NCBI GenBank assembly: GCA_012026655.1
Contig: JAAILG010001357.1
Coordinates: 1 to 64,000 of the forward strand
DNA length: 64,000 bases
Source of the DNA: Hydrolagus affinis
Taxonomy: Eukaryota
Reading direction: 5' to 3'
Shown here: piece after piece, positions 36,691 through 48,948 of the stretch
How positions within the stretch are numbered: position 1 is the stretch's first letter
Layout: each line of letters opens with the position of its first letter
Notes under the pieces: generated by a model
Database searches by the model: none
What the model was told of the DNA's origin: nothing
Seen by the model: only the letters and a program-made list of their open reading frames with translations
Translations under genes and position numbers: made by a program

Positions 36691-38024
36691 CCCTTTTTTT
36701 AAAAAATAGTCCCACATTGAAATGTACAGAAATGTAAGGATTGCCAATTGCCTTAATTATTCTTGTTTTGGATACTGTTTTAAAATGCACTCAAAACTGA
36801 TTTTTACTGAACGCAGCAATATCTAGAAATATTAGAAAGGAATACCAGAGATTTAGTGGCTTGACACATAATATATATCTCACCATTCATGAATTGACTG
36901 CCTCATGCAGATTATCCTTGGGACGTCCTTGGGACGTCCTCCCGACGTGAAAGGCGCTCTATAAATGTAATTTGTTGTTGTTGTTGTTATCCACAAATCA
37001 TGTGCACCAAATAGTCTCTCAGTCCTCACGTAGGATTTAGACTCTTAGACTATCACACTCTTTTAAAAACAAAGGCTCTGGCATCTTTCTTATTTCCAAC
37101 AGTTGCCTGCAATAGTCTGTGTTTTGTCCTGTCATGTCACACAATCAATTATCAAACCATTGCAATGGTGCATGCCACTAAACGTATCGCATTGCCTTTT
37201 ATCTCATTCCATTTCCCTCAGGTTGCATTATCACCAGACATCCACCTGCACATTTTTCCCTTAGAGCCCAGCGACCCTGGCAACACTATACTTTGCACTA
37301 TTTTTTTAAGCTGCACCAAAACTCTCAGCTTGTCTGAAATCTTTATCAGTTCGTTAAAGCAATCAGAGAAACTAAAGTCACAACATAGATATAATTATTG
37401 TTTGAATCGAAGTACGTGCACTGTTCAACATAAACCATTGCTCTTTGCTATCTATGGGAAATTATTCATGGAAAAAGAATCTAAACAAATTAAGGTATTA
37501 GCTCATACAGGAAGGAGACTAATTTAGACGGCCACTTTGATAAAACGTAGATTATCTACAGAGTGCTGACTTAGCACTAAATGAAAGTTGCACTTCTTTC
37601 ATCATTCTTTGATACACTAACTCCTTCCTATTAAAGCTGCTGACAAAATGGTCTAATGGACAATTGTTTTTAGAAAAATGCCCCAGTGACAGGAATGCAA
37701 TTGGGGGAAAAAGCTTTTAAGGATTTTTTTTTAGCCATCTGAGACTCCATTATCATCTTGTCAGGGTGTGCTGCTTTGGCGTCGCCAGTCTCTGAAGCAG
37801 CACAATGCCCTCAATGTGATGGCTGCAAGATGATCCCAGGCGAGGCAGGCACTCATACATACCTCTATGGGTGACAAGTAGAGGAATGTTTTAGCAAGCA
37901 AGCCTGTTCCTCCTGCACTTTGGGCCCAGCCTTATACAGAGCCAGATATCAGATTCCCTCCAGCAGCATTATGCTGGGAGAAGAGGCTCTCTTCAAACTT
38001 CTGATGCAGCAAAGGTAAATAGAA

Positions 38025-38295
38025 TAGTAATAATAATAATATTGCATTTGTTATAGCGCCTTATCACACCTTCTAGACAACAACAACCAAATTACATTTT
38101 TAGAGTGCCTTTCATGTCGGCAGGATGTCCCAACGTGCTGAACAGTTAGGGGCTGGAACGTCTCAAAATGCTTCACAGAGTATATTGTAAAGTGAATTGA
38201 CTGTATATTTGTGGGTGAAACACGGTAGACAATTGTGTACAGCAGTGTCCCACCAATAGTCATGGAATGAAATAACCAATTATTTTGGGGGGGAT
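38025..38295 (-). mobile_element. tRNA-SINE with a nested L2 tail (~38078-38157)
   Basis: SINE tail interrupted by acaacaacaaccaaattacatttttagagtgcctttcatgtcgg. Confidence 0.85.
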
Positions 38296-38334
38296 TTGAT
38301 CAACATAAGCACTGCACTCAATCAGTTGCTTTCC

Positions 38335-38754
38335 TTTTCCTATCACTCCCACCTGCTGACTCCCTACCTACCTGCCTGTCCCCTCCATTCAGTGGTCTCC
38401 GGTCTGCTCCACATCTCTCGCCTGACTTGCCCTACCATTTTATTTGGGCTTTCAGCCTCTCTTTCCCCACACTCTGGAACTCCATCCCACAGTTCCTTCA
38501 CCTCACTTCCTCCCTTGCCTCCTTCAAGGTCGATCTCACGGCCCCCTTATGATTGTGTCTTCAGCCGCCCTTCCACCTCTCTCCCTCCCCTCCCACCTAG
38601 CCTGCCTCCACCCCATGTTTGGGTCCCGACACCTGGGAATGTCCTTCCGACGTGAAAGGCGATCTATGAAGCATTCTGAGATGCCGTTCGACGTGGAGGA
38701 TGCTACATAAATCCAAGTTGTTGTTGTTGTATAAATGCAATTTTTATGTTGTTG
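38335..38754 (+). mobile_element. L2 3' end with a second L2-subfamily tail nested in its terminus
   Basis: gtgaaaggcgatct|atgaagcattctgagatgccg...aaatccaagttgttgttgttgt|ataaatgcaatttttatgttgttg. Confidence 0.85.
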
Positions 38755-39692
38755 AAGATTGCTGAATCTAGGTAACAAAGACATTTACTAATCCTCGACA
38801 CACTACCACATTTTTAACAAAAATGATTGTTGAGTTATATATGGTTCATTATTACAATAACAAGTGACAGCATTTGTAGGTGAATGCAACAGCCATTTTT
38901 TATACAGCACTGTCCCACATACAGCCCTAATTAATTCAGTGCGTTCCTATTTTAATTATACATACAATAGCAAATATGTTTCCGGCAAGAAATGTTTTGA
39001 ATTACACAGGGGAATTTTCTGCTGCAAACAGTTGAAACGAGTAACTTGTCAAAAAGGTATAAATCAGGTCCATTGATAGATTAAGTCTCAACATCAGGAC
39101 TGATTTTAAAAAATCGGAAACATGAAAAATTACAATGAATTTTACCACGTTTGTTCCCTCCATTTGTGTTAACTTTTGGATATCATTTCAAATTAATGCT
39201 ATCATGCACATCACACAACGTTCCTTTTTGCCCATGTTTTTGGTAGTCTTTACTCTTCTACTGTCCTCATGGGTCCAACCCACAGATTGAGTGCCCATTA
39301 AGCACTGTAAATGCACTTTGAGATGTCTACCCAACTTGAAACACCTTAGATATAAATGTAAATTGTGGACCAAAACATTATCAGGAAAACATAACATCTT
39401 ATTGCAGATACTGGTACTTGTTCAGCTCCGCCTTCTCAGTATAATGCTTATTGGTTGTCTGCACACTTTCAACAGAATTTACATAAAACACATTTTAACC
39501 ATGCTGATAAAATTTGGATTTTTGATAGATCGCAGCAAATAAGTAGTTTGATTCCTCACATTGCCAAACAGACCACACTCTCTTCAACAATGTTATGAGA
39601 TCAGAGTTTCAGAACTCCTGCTGATGTTAGGTCCTCTTTAGTCTTTTTTATGTATAGAAGTCCCTTTTTTGTTTTACACAGTAGTAACAATT

Positions 39693-39850
39693 ATATAGAA
39701 TTACATAGAATGCAGCACAGAAACAGGCCATTTGGCCCAACTAGTCCATGCCAATGTTATTGCTCTACACAAAATACTATACCACTCCTAATCCCCCAAT
39801 CATAATCCCCTATTCCTTGTTTGCTATTGTCTTCTCTTTAATGTATATGA
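39693..39850 (-). mobile_element. CR1 3' end
   Basis: atagaattacatagaatgcagcacagaaacaggccatttggcccaac is the reverse complement of the terminus at 40950-40993. Confidence 0.8.
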
Positions 39851-40614
39851 GGAATTTGGGATTTAAATTTTGAGTGTAGGAAACTTATCCTTTGGGGGCT
39901 AAAATGAAAAATATTTCTAATGGAATAGATGCTCCTTCCAAGAACCACAACCACCAGCAGGAACTCTGATAGATTGCCTTGAAGTGGAGTCCCAAACTGC
40001 TGGCTTTCTTTCCTTCCATTTTTTCAGTTAAGGAAGCGCATTCAAAATTGCCTGCCTTTTACCCCTTACTTTGATGTATTTGGCAGTATATTTTCATTTG
40101 GAAAATACCCTTATTAAGATATTTTAAATTGAAATGACATGATGTCTAGACAGCTTAACCAATCTGTGTTTGTCTATTCAGATACTAGTGGCATTCCTGA
40201 AAATAATCTATTTTTATTGACCTAATCTCTCCCTATCATTGCCATTTAGAATTCAGGACTTCAGGCATATAACTGCATCCGGGATGCTGTTGGTGTAGTG
40301 TTACAGTGAACTATATTGCTATTTTTAATAAAACACATGATTTATAATGTTGCTCTGGAAAAGTAGATGCTATTGGTGGAGAATTCTGAAGGTAATCATT
40401 CCATTGATTCAAAACTCAGTAAGATTACTTTTATGGCATATACATCTTTTAAGAAATATTTGTTGCGAATGTAAATTAAGTAATATTTATGATTACTTAA
40501 TAGATTTATTTTCTGTATTTTCAAAAACCTGAGATTAGGCAGATTGATTTGAAGAAAAATAAAAGCACAGATCAAGTCTTTAATTCATCCAAATGTCCAG
40601 AATTCCCTGGTACA

Positions 40615-41115
40615 GTAATACAATAATAATAACGATTCTTGCATTTAATATAGCGCCTTATAATGCTTTCAATACGTCTCAAGACACTTCATAGAATTTA
40701 CTGTAACGTGAATTTATTGTACATTTGTGGACCAAACATGGCAGCCAATGGTGCACAGCCATGACCTAAAACAGTTGTGGATTAAGTGACAAAATTAGTT
40801 GTAATTTTAGTTTAAAGGAATTATTAAGGGGAAGCTAAATAAGTACATGAGAAAGAAAGGAATAGAAGGTTATGCTGGTTATGCTGATAAGCTTAGCTGA
40901 GGTAGGGCAGGAGGAGGCTCATGTGGTGCATGAAGGCCGGCATAGACCAGTTAGGCCGAATAGCCTGTTTCTCTGTTGTATATTCTACGTAACGTTATAT
41001 ATTTTTATTAACCTCAGAAACGAGATCTGCCAATCAACTAACACATATGTTCCTGATTACTAATAGATAAACAGAGGCGTGTGGAGTAAGAAAACTTGCT
41101 CAACGTTTCGCCCTA
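40615..41115 (-). mobile_element. tRNA-SINE (minus) interrupted by a CR1 3' end (plus, ~40824-40995)
   Basis: SINE tail at 40615, body resumes taaacagaggcgtgtggagtaag at 41068; insert ends ggccgaatagcctgtttctctgttgtatattctacgtaac. Confidence 0.8.
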
Positions 41116-42594
41116 CCATTGATCCCAATGGATTTTATCCCTTAATGTGAAAACATTGTTTACTTGTTCCTTTTTGCACTTTGGGCTTGGATTTAATGGC
41201 ATTAAATGCATAGGTTATGCCAGTATTTGTGTTGAAATTGCAAAATCCAATCCTCCCAGTGTATTTGCAAAAAGCTGTGGTGGCATTTTGTATGTGAAGA
41301 ATATATATTGCATTTACTTCAAAATAATGTTTAATAATTAAGGGGATTCCTCTTCTGTGTAAAGTTTTTCAACAGAGAAGTAAAGTCTGGTTAGTTAAAC
41401 TTCTTTTTGTGGGTTGCACAGTGCCTAAGAAATCGCACTTTTCAAGGCAATATTATCAAAGGCAATACAAGTAACACGGAACAGAGTTTTTAACCCATGG
41501 ATCTGGAGAGCATGTATTCAAGCGGTTTATAATACATTGTAGGATTGTTTCATGAACATTTTTCCATTTGTCCTAAAAATATTTTTATGCCATCTACATC
41601 CAACAACGTTATAGTTTTACAGGCATTGACAATACTATGGAACATAATTGCAAGACAATTCTAAAAATATTGCATAAAGGCAGCCATTTATTTAAAAAAT
41701 CCACCCTAAAATAAACATATTAATATTATGCTGCAATATTTTCACTTATTATGGTTTATGCATGATAAATCAATGCTAGCAGAGATTACAGGAGACAATC
41801 TAATTATATATTTTTTCACAAACCCTACATTGTTTTTGATTTAGAAAACTGGCATGTTTCTTCAAAGCAAAGGTTGATGGAAGTCATCTTCGGAGACTAA
41901 ATTTAAAAAAAACCAAGGAATGTGAAATGTGACTTCTGACCATTTCGCAATAGAATGTTCAGTCCAGCTGTAAGTAATACTATAGCATTTGAGGCTGCTC
42001 TGCTCTACTGTAATTGATAAGTATAGAGATTTACTCAGCGTAGTCAAGCATGAGAAGAGGGCTAAGGTTAATTCTGTTTTTTCCTGGTGCAGTGTTACCT
42101 CGTAGCAACTCAATTCATTGCTGCCAAGAAGCAAAGCTAAAATCACATAAAGCTCCATTTTATTTTTTCTGAATGCTTTGCAGGAAGTGCCTCCCAGTGT
42201 TAAAAAGGAATCTTGTCTGAGTCATATTGATCTCCTTAAAGAGACATACATATATTTTTTTAAAAACATTGACTGAACACAAATAAAACCCTGAACATTT
42301 CAACAAAACTGCACCAGTGGAAGAAGGTCTTCTGAACATAATTCAAAATGAATTTGATCACTGGAGAGCTACTAACTCATAACTGTAATTAAAAGCCGCT
42401 AAAATATCCCTGATTAAATTTAATGGTATCTCCAACATTTCTCTGATTAGTTATCTTTTCATTCACCAGCCAGTGAAATTCTGATTGTAAGTCCCCACCA
42501 CCCTCATAATTTCTTTTGGAGCACCTTTTTCCAATTTTACACAATGCTTTAATGCAATATTTCCTCAATGGCTCCTGCAGTTTACTCACTGAGT

Positions 42595-42916
42595 AATCAT
42601 CATTCTTGCTTTTGATATAATAATAATTTGATCCCTTATCGACGTCCCAAAGTGCTTCACAGAATATACTGTAAAGTGAATTGACGTATATATTTGTGGG
42701 CGAATCGCGGCAGCCAATTGTGCACAGCAGTGTCCCACAAACAGTCGTGGATTGAAATGACCAATTTTATTATTGTGGTTTTTTTGGAGGGATTATTATT
42801 AGGCATGTGGAGCAAGGAAACTTGCCCAAGGTTTCGCCCTGACCTGCCTGGATTTGAACACTTGGTCTCCCCAGCTTGCAAGACAAGTGCTCTAACCACT
42901 GAGCCACAGGAGCTCC
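42595..42916 (-). mobile_element. tRNA-derived SINE, full length
   Basis: Complete body and head ...cttgcaagacaagtgctctaaccactgagccacaggagctcc. Confidence 0.92.
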
Positions 42917-42975
42917 AAAATATGTATTTTGAAGGCAAGCTAATTTGCCAATACACAGCTATGAAGTGAATGAAC

Positions 42976-43507
42976 TAGGGCCCATCGATATATCGATATG
43001 TCAGTTATATCCAATATAATTTTCATATCAATATGCCAATATCGGAATTTAAAATATATTGATATATCGAAAAATTCAATATAAAAAAATATCGGTACCT
43101 TATCGCCGGCATTGCAACCTCCTGGGCCTAGAGCATGGAATGCGCGCGCACATNNNNNNNNNNNNNNNNNNNNNNNNNNNNNNNNNNNNNNNNNNNNNNN
43201 NNNNNNNNNNNNNNNNNNNNNNNNNNNNNNNNNNNNNNNNNNNNNNNNNNNNNGGGGGGGGAGAGAGAGGGGGAGACCAGACAGAGAGACACAGAGAGAA
43301 GGAGAGATGGAGAGAGTGAGTGTGAGAGACACAGAGAGAGAGAGAGATATTTACCTCCTGAGGAGATAGGCCCCCGAATGCGCGCGCACCTCCGAATACA
43401 CGTGCATGCGCAGTATAAAAAACCCGAAAATATCGATATATCGGTACATATCGATATGAGCCAACCGATATATCCATATCGGAAATTTCCCATATCGACG
43501 GGCCCTA
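42976..43507. mobile_element. hAT-type DNA transposon, apparently non-autonomous, young
   Basis: TIRs tagggcccatcgatat / atatcgacgggcccta (15 of 16); perfect 8-bp TSD gaatgaac at 42968-42975 and 43508-43515; many subterminal cgatat/atatcg motifs. Confidence 0.92.
43154..43253. other. Assembly gap (100 N)
   Basis: Run of N inside the hAT element, next to a (GA)-rich tract. Confidence 1.
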
Positions 43508-43664
43508 GAATGAACAATTTTTATTTGATTGTTGGCTAGAAACACATAGAAGAAACTTATATTATTTCTCCTGTATATTTGTTTCTACTTTTGTTAAGGA
43601 GAATACTTTCAAAAATAGTAGTTCCAATCAGTTTCTTTCACCTTTAATATTTCTCTCCCTAGAT

Positions 43665-43955
43665 ACAATATCCCACAAACAAACATGAAACAAACGAACA
43701 ATTTTTTCGAGGGATTGTTGCTCAGGAAACTGGGAAAAGTTTCCCTTTCTTTTCAAAAAGCATCATCAGATCTATAACATACACCTGAACAAACTGATGT
43801 GAATTTGGTTGAATGTCTCACCTGAAGGATGGCATCTCCAACAATGCAATACATCACCAGTGAACCATTGAAGGGTCACCTTAGACAGTGTTAGTTCAAG
43901 TCCAGACATGGGGCGTGAAACCACAACCTCTGAGTCAGAGCATGTGATCAGCTCT
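43665..43955 (-). mobile_element. Older Deu-domain SINE
   Basis: tttggttgaatgtctcacctgaaggatggcatctccaacaatgca...accacaacctctgagtcagag. Confidence 0.7.
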
Positions 43956-44161
43956 TTATAACAATAAAACCTACAATCCACAAAATTCTAATTGATAGCA
44001 ATGCACAGTTGAAAGTTTTGTGCTGATGAATGGGGAGGATGATTGCGCCCATTGCCTTGATACTACACAATGCTGCTGAAAGCAAATCTTCCAAATCTTC
44101 ATTTATATTGCTGCAATTTTTCAATAAGCATGCACGATAAATGTAGCATTAAAACACAGAA

Positions 44162-44669
44162 TCATAATCATAATATTCATTGCATTTGATATAGTGCTTT
44201 CCATGTCTTCTAGATGTCTCAAAGCGCTTCACAGATATACTGTAAAGTGAATTAACTGTATATTTGTGAGTGAAATGTGCAGCGAATTGTGCATAGCAGT
44301 GTCCCACAAACAGTCGTGGATTGAAATAACCAATTTTTTTTTAGGGATTATTATATAATAATATAATAATAATCCTTGCATTTGATATAACGCTTTTTAC
44401 ATCTTCTAGTAGTCACAAAGCACTTCACAGAATAAACTGTAAAGTGAATTGACTATAGATTTGTGGGCGAAACTTGGCAGCCAATTGCACACATCAATGT
44501 CCCACAAACAGTCATGGATTGAAATGACCAATTTATTATAGTTTTTATTTGACGGATTATTAGGCATATGGAGTAAGGAAATTTGCCTAAGGTTTCACCC
44601 TGTCTGGAATCAAATCCAGGTCTCTCGTTTGTAAGGCGAGTGCTCTAACCACAGAGCTGCAGGACTCCA
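44162..44669 (-). mobile_element. Two tandem tRNA-SINEs (partial 44162-44355, full length 44365-44669)
   Basis: Two successive tails and bodies with one head ending gtgctctaaccacagagctgcaggactcc. Confidence 0.92.
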
Positions 44670-45463
44670 CGATCAACACAGGTTATGTGTTCTGGGCCAT
44701 CTAGCCAAATGCAGTTCAAATGGCTCCTTCTTAGCAATTTTCACACAACATTAATAAAAAGATATGAGAGTTAATGCCAAAAACACACACAATTTGGATG
44801 GGCTTTTGAGCAATATGCCAAACATCAGATTACGAATTATTAGACACAGATACCAGAACGTTACGTCCTGTAAGCAATGCTTCATGATCAATGGAATCAT
44901 TACAGCCAGCATAAGTGCTTGGGCTGCTGCATGCATTCTTAATCATGTTCTTATGATAATTGATCAAAGCTAGTTTTAATTGATTGTTAAATGATGTGCA
45001 TTGAATGAGTGCGCTCAATGCACGTACACACAGCTGAGAAGAGCTGTCTGAGTGTAATCCTCCAGCTACTAATCTACAAATGAATGATGATCAATTTCCG
45101 TTAAATATTATTGACATTCAAATCAGTATGGCTGTTAATACCATTTTACATTTATCTAACTTTCTTTTCAGTAAATCTACAAAAATATATTCTGTAAGGA
45201 GACTCATGAGGAATGAATAAATCATTATGAGAACTGAGCAACGGATGACTGACTCTTATCCTTTGAGGAACTTGTTCACCAAATTGACTTAAACCTGAAG
45301 CTGGAAATGGACTACAGAGCTTTTAACCCTTATTTATGCTCACTACCATTCCTTAATTATAATTATCAGGGTCCAATTTTCTAGAAGATTAACTTTTTTT
45401 TACTAAGAAGTGCATTTGTTAACACATTCAATGTTTCACAAATTTGAATGATTGTATATTTTG

Positions 45464-45835
45464 TGGAGTCCTGTAATGTACTGATTAGAGCACTTGCCTT
45501 GCAAGCAAGAGGATCTGGGTTTGATTCCAGGGCAGGGTGAAACATTAGACAAGTTTTCTTACACCACAAACCTTTGTTTACCTAGTAGTAAATAGGAAAT
45601 GGTTGTTTGTCGATTGTCTGATTACTTTTCCGGGGGAAATCATCCCTTCAAAATAAAATTGTGCACATTATAGTCTCTGAATCCATGATTGTTTGTGAGT
45701 CTATGTACAATTAGCTGTTGCGTTTTGCTCACAAAATATGCAGTCAATTCATTTGATAGCATATTTGTGAAGTGCTTTGAGATGTCCTGAAGATGTGATA
45801 AGGCATTATATCAAATATAATGATTATTATTATTT
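45464..45835 (+). mobile_element. tRNA-derived SINE, longer-body subfamily, full length
   Basis: ggagtcctgtaatgtactgattagagcacttgccttgcaag...gggtttgattcc; tgtttacctagtagtaaatagg; tail tatatcaaatataatgattattatt. Confidence 0.88.
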
Positions 45836-46199
45836 TTGCCACAAAATACCACAAGTTAGATGTGCTTGTCCTGCTTCAAAAGTAGAAATTGGTGTTAATA
45901 ATTTACTTGAGATGATTTTTCCTAGCATTGGGTCTCACCAACCTGATACTCTCTGCAAACACCCAAGCAGTGTGTGTCCTTGCAGAGCAAAGTGCCATTT
46001 CAGACACACAAACATTTTCATGTGGAGGTGGCATGCATATGTGGAACCCTCGGGCTAGTTTGGCTATTCTTAAGCAATGCAATAGATTTCTACATGTGTC
46101 AGATACATATTTATTTATTGTATATAGGTTAAAAAGGCTGAAGGGAATTTATTTATCTGAATATCAGCCTGATTCAGTTGTTGGCTTATCTCTGAGATC

Positions 46200-46445
46200 A
46201 TGGATTTGAGAATTATGTCAAGATTTGAACGCATGTCTAAGATGACATTCTAAGACTTTACTAGGTGAGAGCTGCTGTGTTGAAGATGCTGTCTATTAAA
46301 TGAGACATTGATGTGTCTGGCTGTTCAGGTGCAAGTTAAAGATCCCATGGTACTTGCATTTGATATAGCACCTCATTACGTTTTTGAGATGTCTCAAAGT
46401 TCTTCACAGAATATACTGTTAAGTGAATTGACTATATATTTGGAG
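46200..46445 (+). mobile_element. Old Deu-SINE fragment (plus) truncated by a tRNA-SINE tail (minus, 46353-46445)
   Basis: tgttcaggtgcaagttaaagatcccatggtac joined to ttgcatttgatatagcacc. Confidence 0.7.
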
Positions 46446-46509
46446 CAGAATTATCTGATTTGATGTGTTACTGAACATGATAAGAAACTGTTAATCCAAT
46501 ATTAAAGAT

Positions 46510-48158
46510 CCATGAAGCCCACCACCTGCTCCCTGGACCCCATTCCCCATCCCTCTCACCTCCCAACTACACTTTGTTGCGCCATTACTTGCTGACAACC
46601 TGTCCCTTTCATCCGGCATCGTTCCCACCCCCATCAAAACAGCCACCATCACCCCGATCCTCAAGAAACCTTCCCTTGATGCATCACAGCTCTTAAACTA
46701 CCAGCCCATTTCCAATCTCCCCTTCCTGTCAAAGGTGCTTGAAAGAATTGTTGCCTCCCAGGTTCGCTCCTCTCATTCATCCCACTCCCTCCATGAGCCA
46801 CTCCAATCAGGTTTCCACACTGTCTACAGCAAGGAAACTGCTCTGGTCAAGGTCACTTATGATATCTTGACCATCAGTGACCAGGGCTCCCTCTGCCTCC
46901 TCGTCCTCCTTGACCTATCTGCCGCCTGCAACACCATGGACCACATAATCCTCCTCCACCACCTCTGCTCCCTCCTCAATCTTCAAGGTTCTGTCCTCAA
47001 CTGGTTCCAGTACTAATTTTCACACCGCCTCCACTTTGTGTCTGCCAATGGCTTTTCCTCCAGCCCCCACACCATCTTGTGTGGCATTAAACAGTGCTGT
47101 GTCCTTAGTCCCCTCCTCTTCACACTCTACATGCTCCTCCTAGATGACATAATCCGCAGACATGGGATAAATTTCCCTATGTATGCAGATGACACCCAAC
47201 TCTACCTTTCCGCTTCCACCCTCAACTCCACGACTACCAGTGTCCTCACTGACATTGAGTCCCGGACGAGAGACAACTTTCTTCAGCTGAATGTCTGCAA
47301 GACTGAGGCCCTTCTGATTGGCTCGCGTCAGCGCCTCCGCACCTCAGGTACAGACAGCATCAGCATCGAAAGCTGCAATCTCCACCTCTCTAAGCCAATC
47401 AGGAACCTGGGCATCTTGTTCGACCCTGAACTATCCTTCCTCCCGCGCATCCGCACCATGACCAGCACTACCTTCCACCACATTCACAACATCGCCAGAC
47501 TCTGCCACTGCCTCACCACTCAGGCTGCAGAAATCCTAGTCCACGCATTCATCAAATCAAGGCTTGACTATGGAAACTCCCTCCTCGTTGGCCTTCCTGG
47601 TGCTTTCCTTCACAAGCTGCAAACATCCAGAACTCTGCAGCTTGTATCCTCACCCACACCAAGCTCCGCGACCACATCACTCCCACCCTCGCCTGGCTCC
47701 ATTGGCTCCCCATTCCCCAGAGGATCGAATTCAAGATCCTCGTCACTTTCAAGGCCATTCACGGCCTTGCACCCCACCCTACTTCTCCGACCTGCTGTCC
47801 TCCTATGAACCTCCCCAGCCCCTCTGTTCAGTGGGCTCCGGCCTGCTCCATGTCCCCCGCCCAACCTGCCCTACCATCGGCGGACAGGCTTTCAGCCTAT
47901 CTACCCCCGCATACTCTGCAGTGCCATCCAACAGTTCCTTCACCTCCCTCCCTCACCTCCTTTAAGGCCAGTCTCAAGAGCCTCCTCTTCAATCGTGCCT
48001 TCTGCTGCCCTCCCAACTCTCCCTCCTCTCCTAACTCTCTCCCCTCCTCCCTCCTAACTTGCCCCTCTACCTTGCTCAGGTCCAACCTGACTATTCAGCA
48101 CCTTGGAACATCTTCCCGACATGGAAGGTGATCTATAAATGTAGTTTTGTTGTTGTTG
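46510..48158 (+). mobile_element. L2-clade LINE, 1.65 kb, 5'-truncated, reverse transcriptase pseudogene
   Basis: PISNLPFLSKVLERIV...EPLQSGF...LVLLDLSAA...LSPLLFTLYM...MYADDTQLYLS...NFLQLNVCKTEALLIG...NLGILFD; stops and frameshifts; tail atctataaatgtagttttgttgttgttg. Confidence 0.97.
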
Positions 48159-48462
48159 GAACCCTTGCTTTCATTCAAAGATGACTCCAGCATATTTGTT
48201 CCATTAGCTGCTGTGATTGCAGTTGGAAATATGGGGATGGTGTTTTGGTACAACTCATGGGATGCTGGAGTAATTCACTCAGAGTTAACATGCATCTGGT
48301 GAAGCAGCATTTAAATGGTGGAAAGAGGGAAATAAGGGATTAGTACTCTTCTCATGTATCCTAAATAAATCTGTGGCAGTGAGTTGAGCTGGGTAAAAAG
48401 GAAAAATCAACGTCACGTCGTAGAGAAGAGCAGCTTGCCACTTACCTCTTCTCTCCAGTTTT

Positions 48463-48786
48463 GGAGTCCTATAGCTCAGTGGGTAGAGTACTCACTTTAC
48501 AAGTGTGAGACCTGTGTTTGAATCCATGCAGATGAGGACGAAACCTTGGACAAGTTTCCTTACTCCACACACCTAATAATAATCCCTCCAATAAAAACAC
48601 AATAATAAAATTGGTCATTTCAATCCACAACTGTTTGTGGCACACTGCTGTGCTCAATTGGCTGCTGTGTTTTGCCCACAAATGCAGTCAATTCACTTTA
48701 TGATATATTCTGTGAAGCACTTTGAGATGTCTAGAAGACGTGAAAAGGCGCTATATCAAATCCAAGGATTACTATTATTATTATTT
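48463..48786 (+). mobile_element. tRNA-derived SINE, full length
   Basis: ggagtcctatagctcagtgggtagag...tttgaatcc head through gcgctatatcaaatccaaggattactattatt. Confidence 0.93.
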
Positions 48787-48789
48787 TGT

Positions 48790-48948
48790 TGCCTCTCCCT
48801 TTCTGTTAGCCCTTCAAAGCCTCTCCCTCACAACATGCCCTGTTCTGACAAAGGGTTGTGGACCTGAAACATTGACTCACTTTTCCTTTCTCCATAGATG
48901 CTGCCTGACCTGTTGAGTGTTCCCAATGATTTCTGTTTTTGTTTCTGA
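48790..48948 (+). mobile_element. Penelope pseudo-LTR fragment with decayed hammerhead motif (48841-48878)
   Basis: gtt-CTGACAA-agggttgtggacct-GAAA-catt-gactc, then ttctccatagatgctgcctgacctgttgagtg as in the other copies. Confidence 0.85.

Noticed and set aside
42940-43545. Cluster of ORFs around 43.1-43.5 kb
   Set aside because: Artefacts of translating through the N gap and the (GA)n tract.
44162-44669. Recurring near-identical ~35-bp motifs as a CRISPR-like array
   Set aside because: They are dispersed SINE and L2 tails with irregular spacing in a vertebrate genome; there are no cas genes.
47038-47808. 256-aa RT ORF as a functional or domesticated reverse transcriptase
   Set aside because: Part of a 5'-truncated L2 with stops, frameshifts and damaged motifs (GIKQCC in place of GVPQGS).
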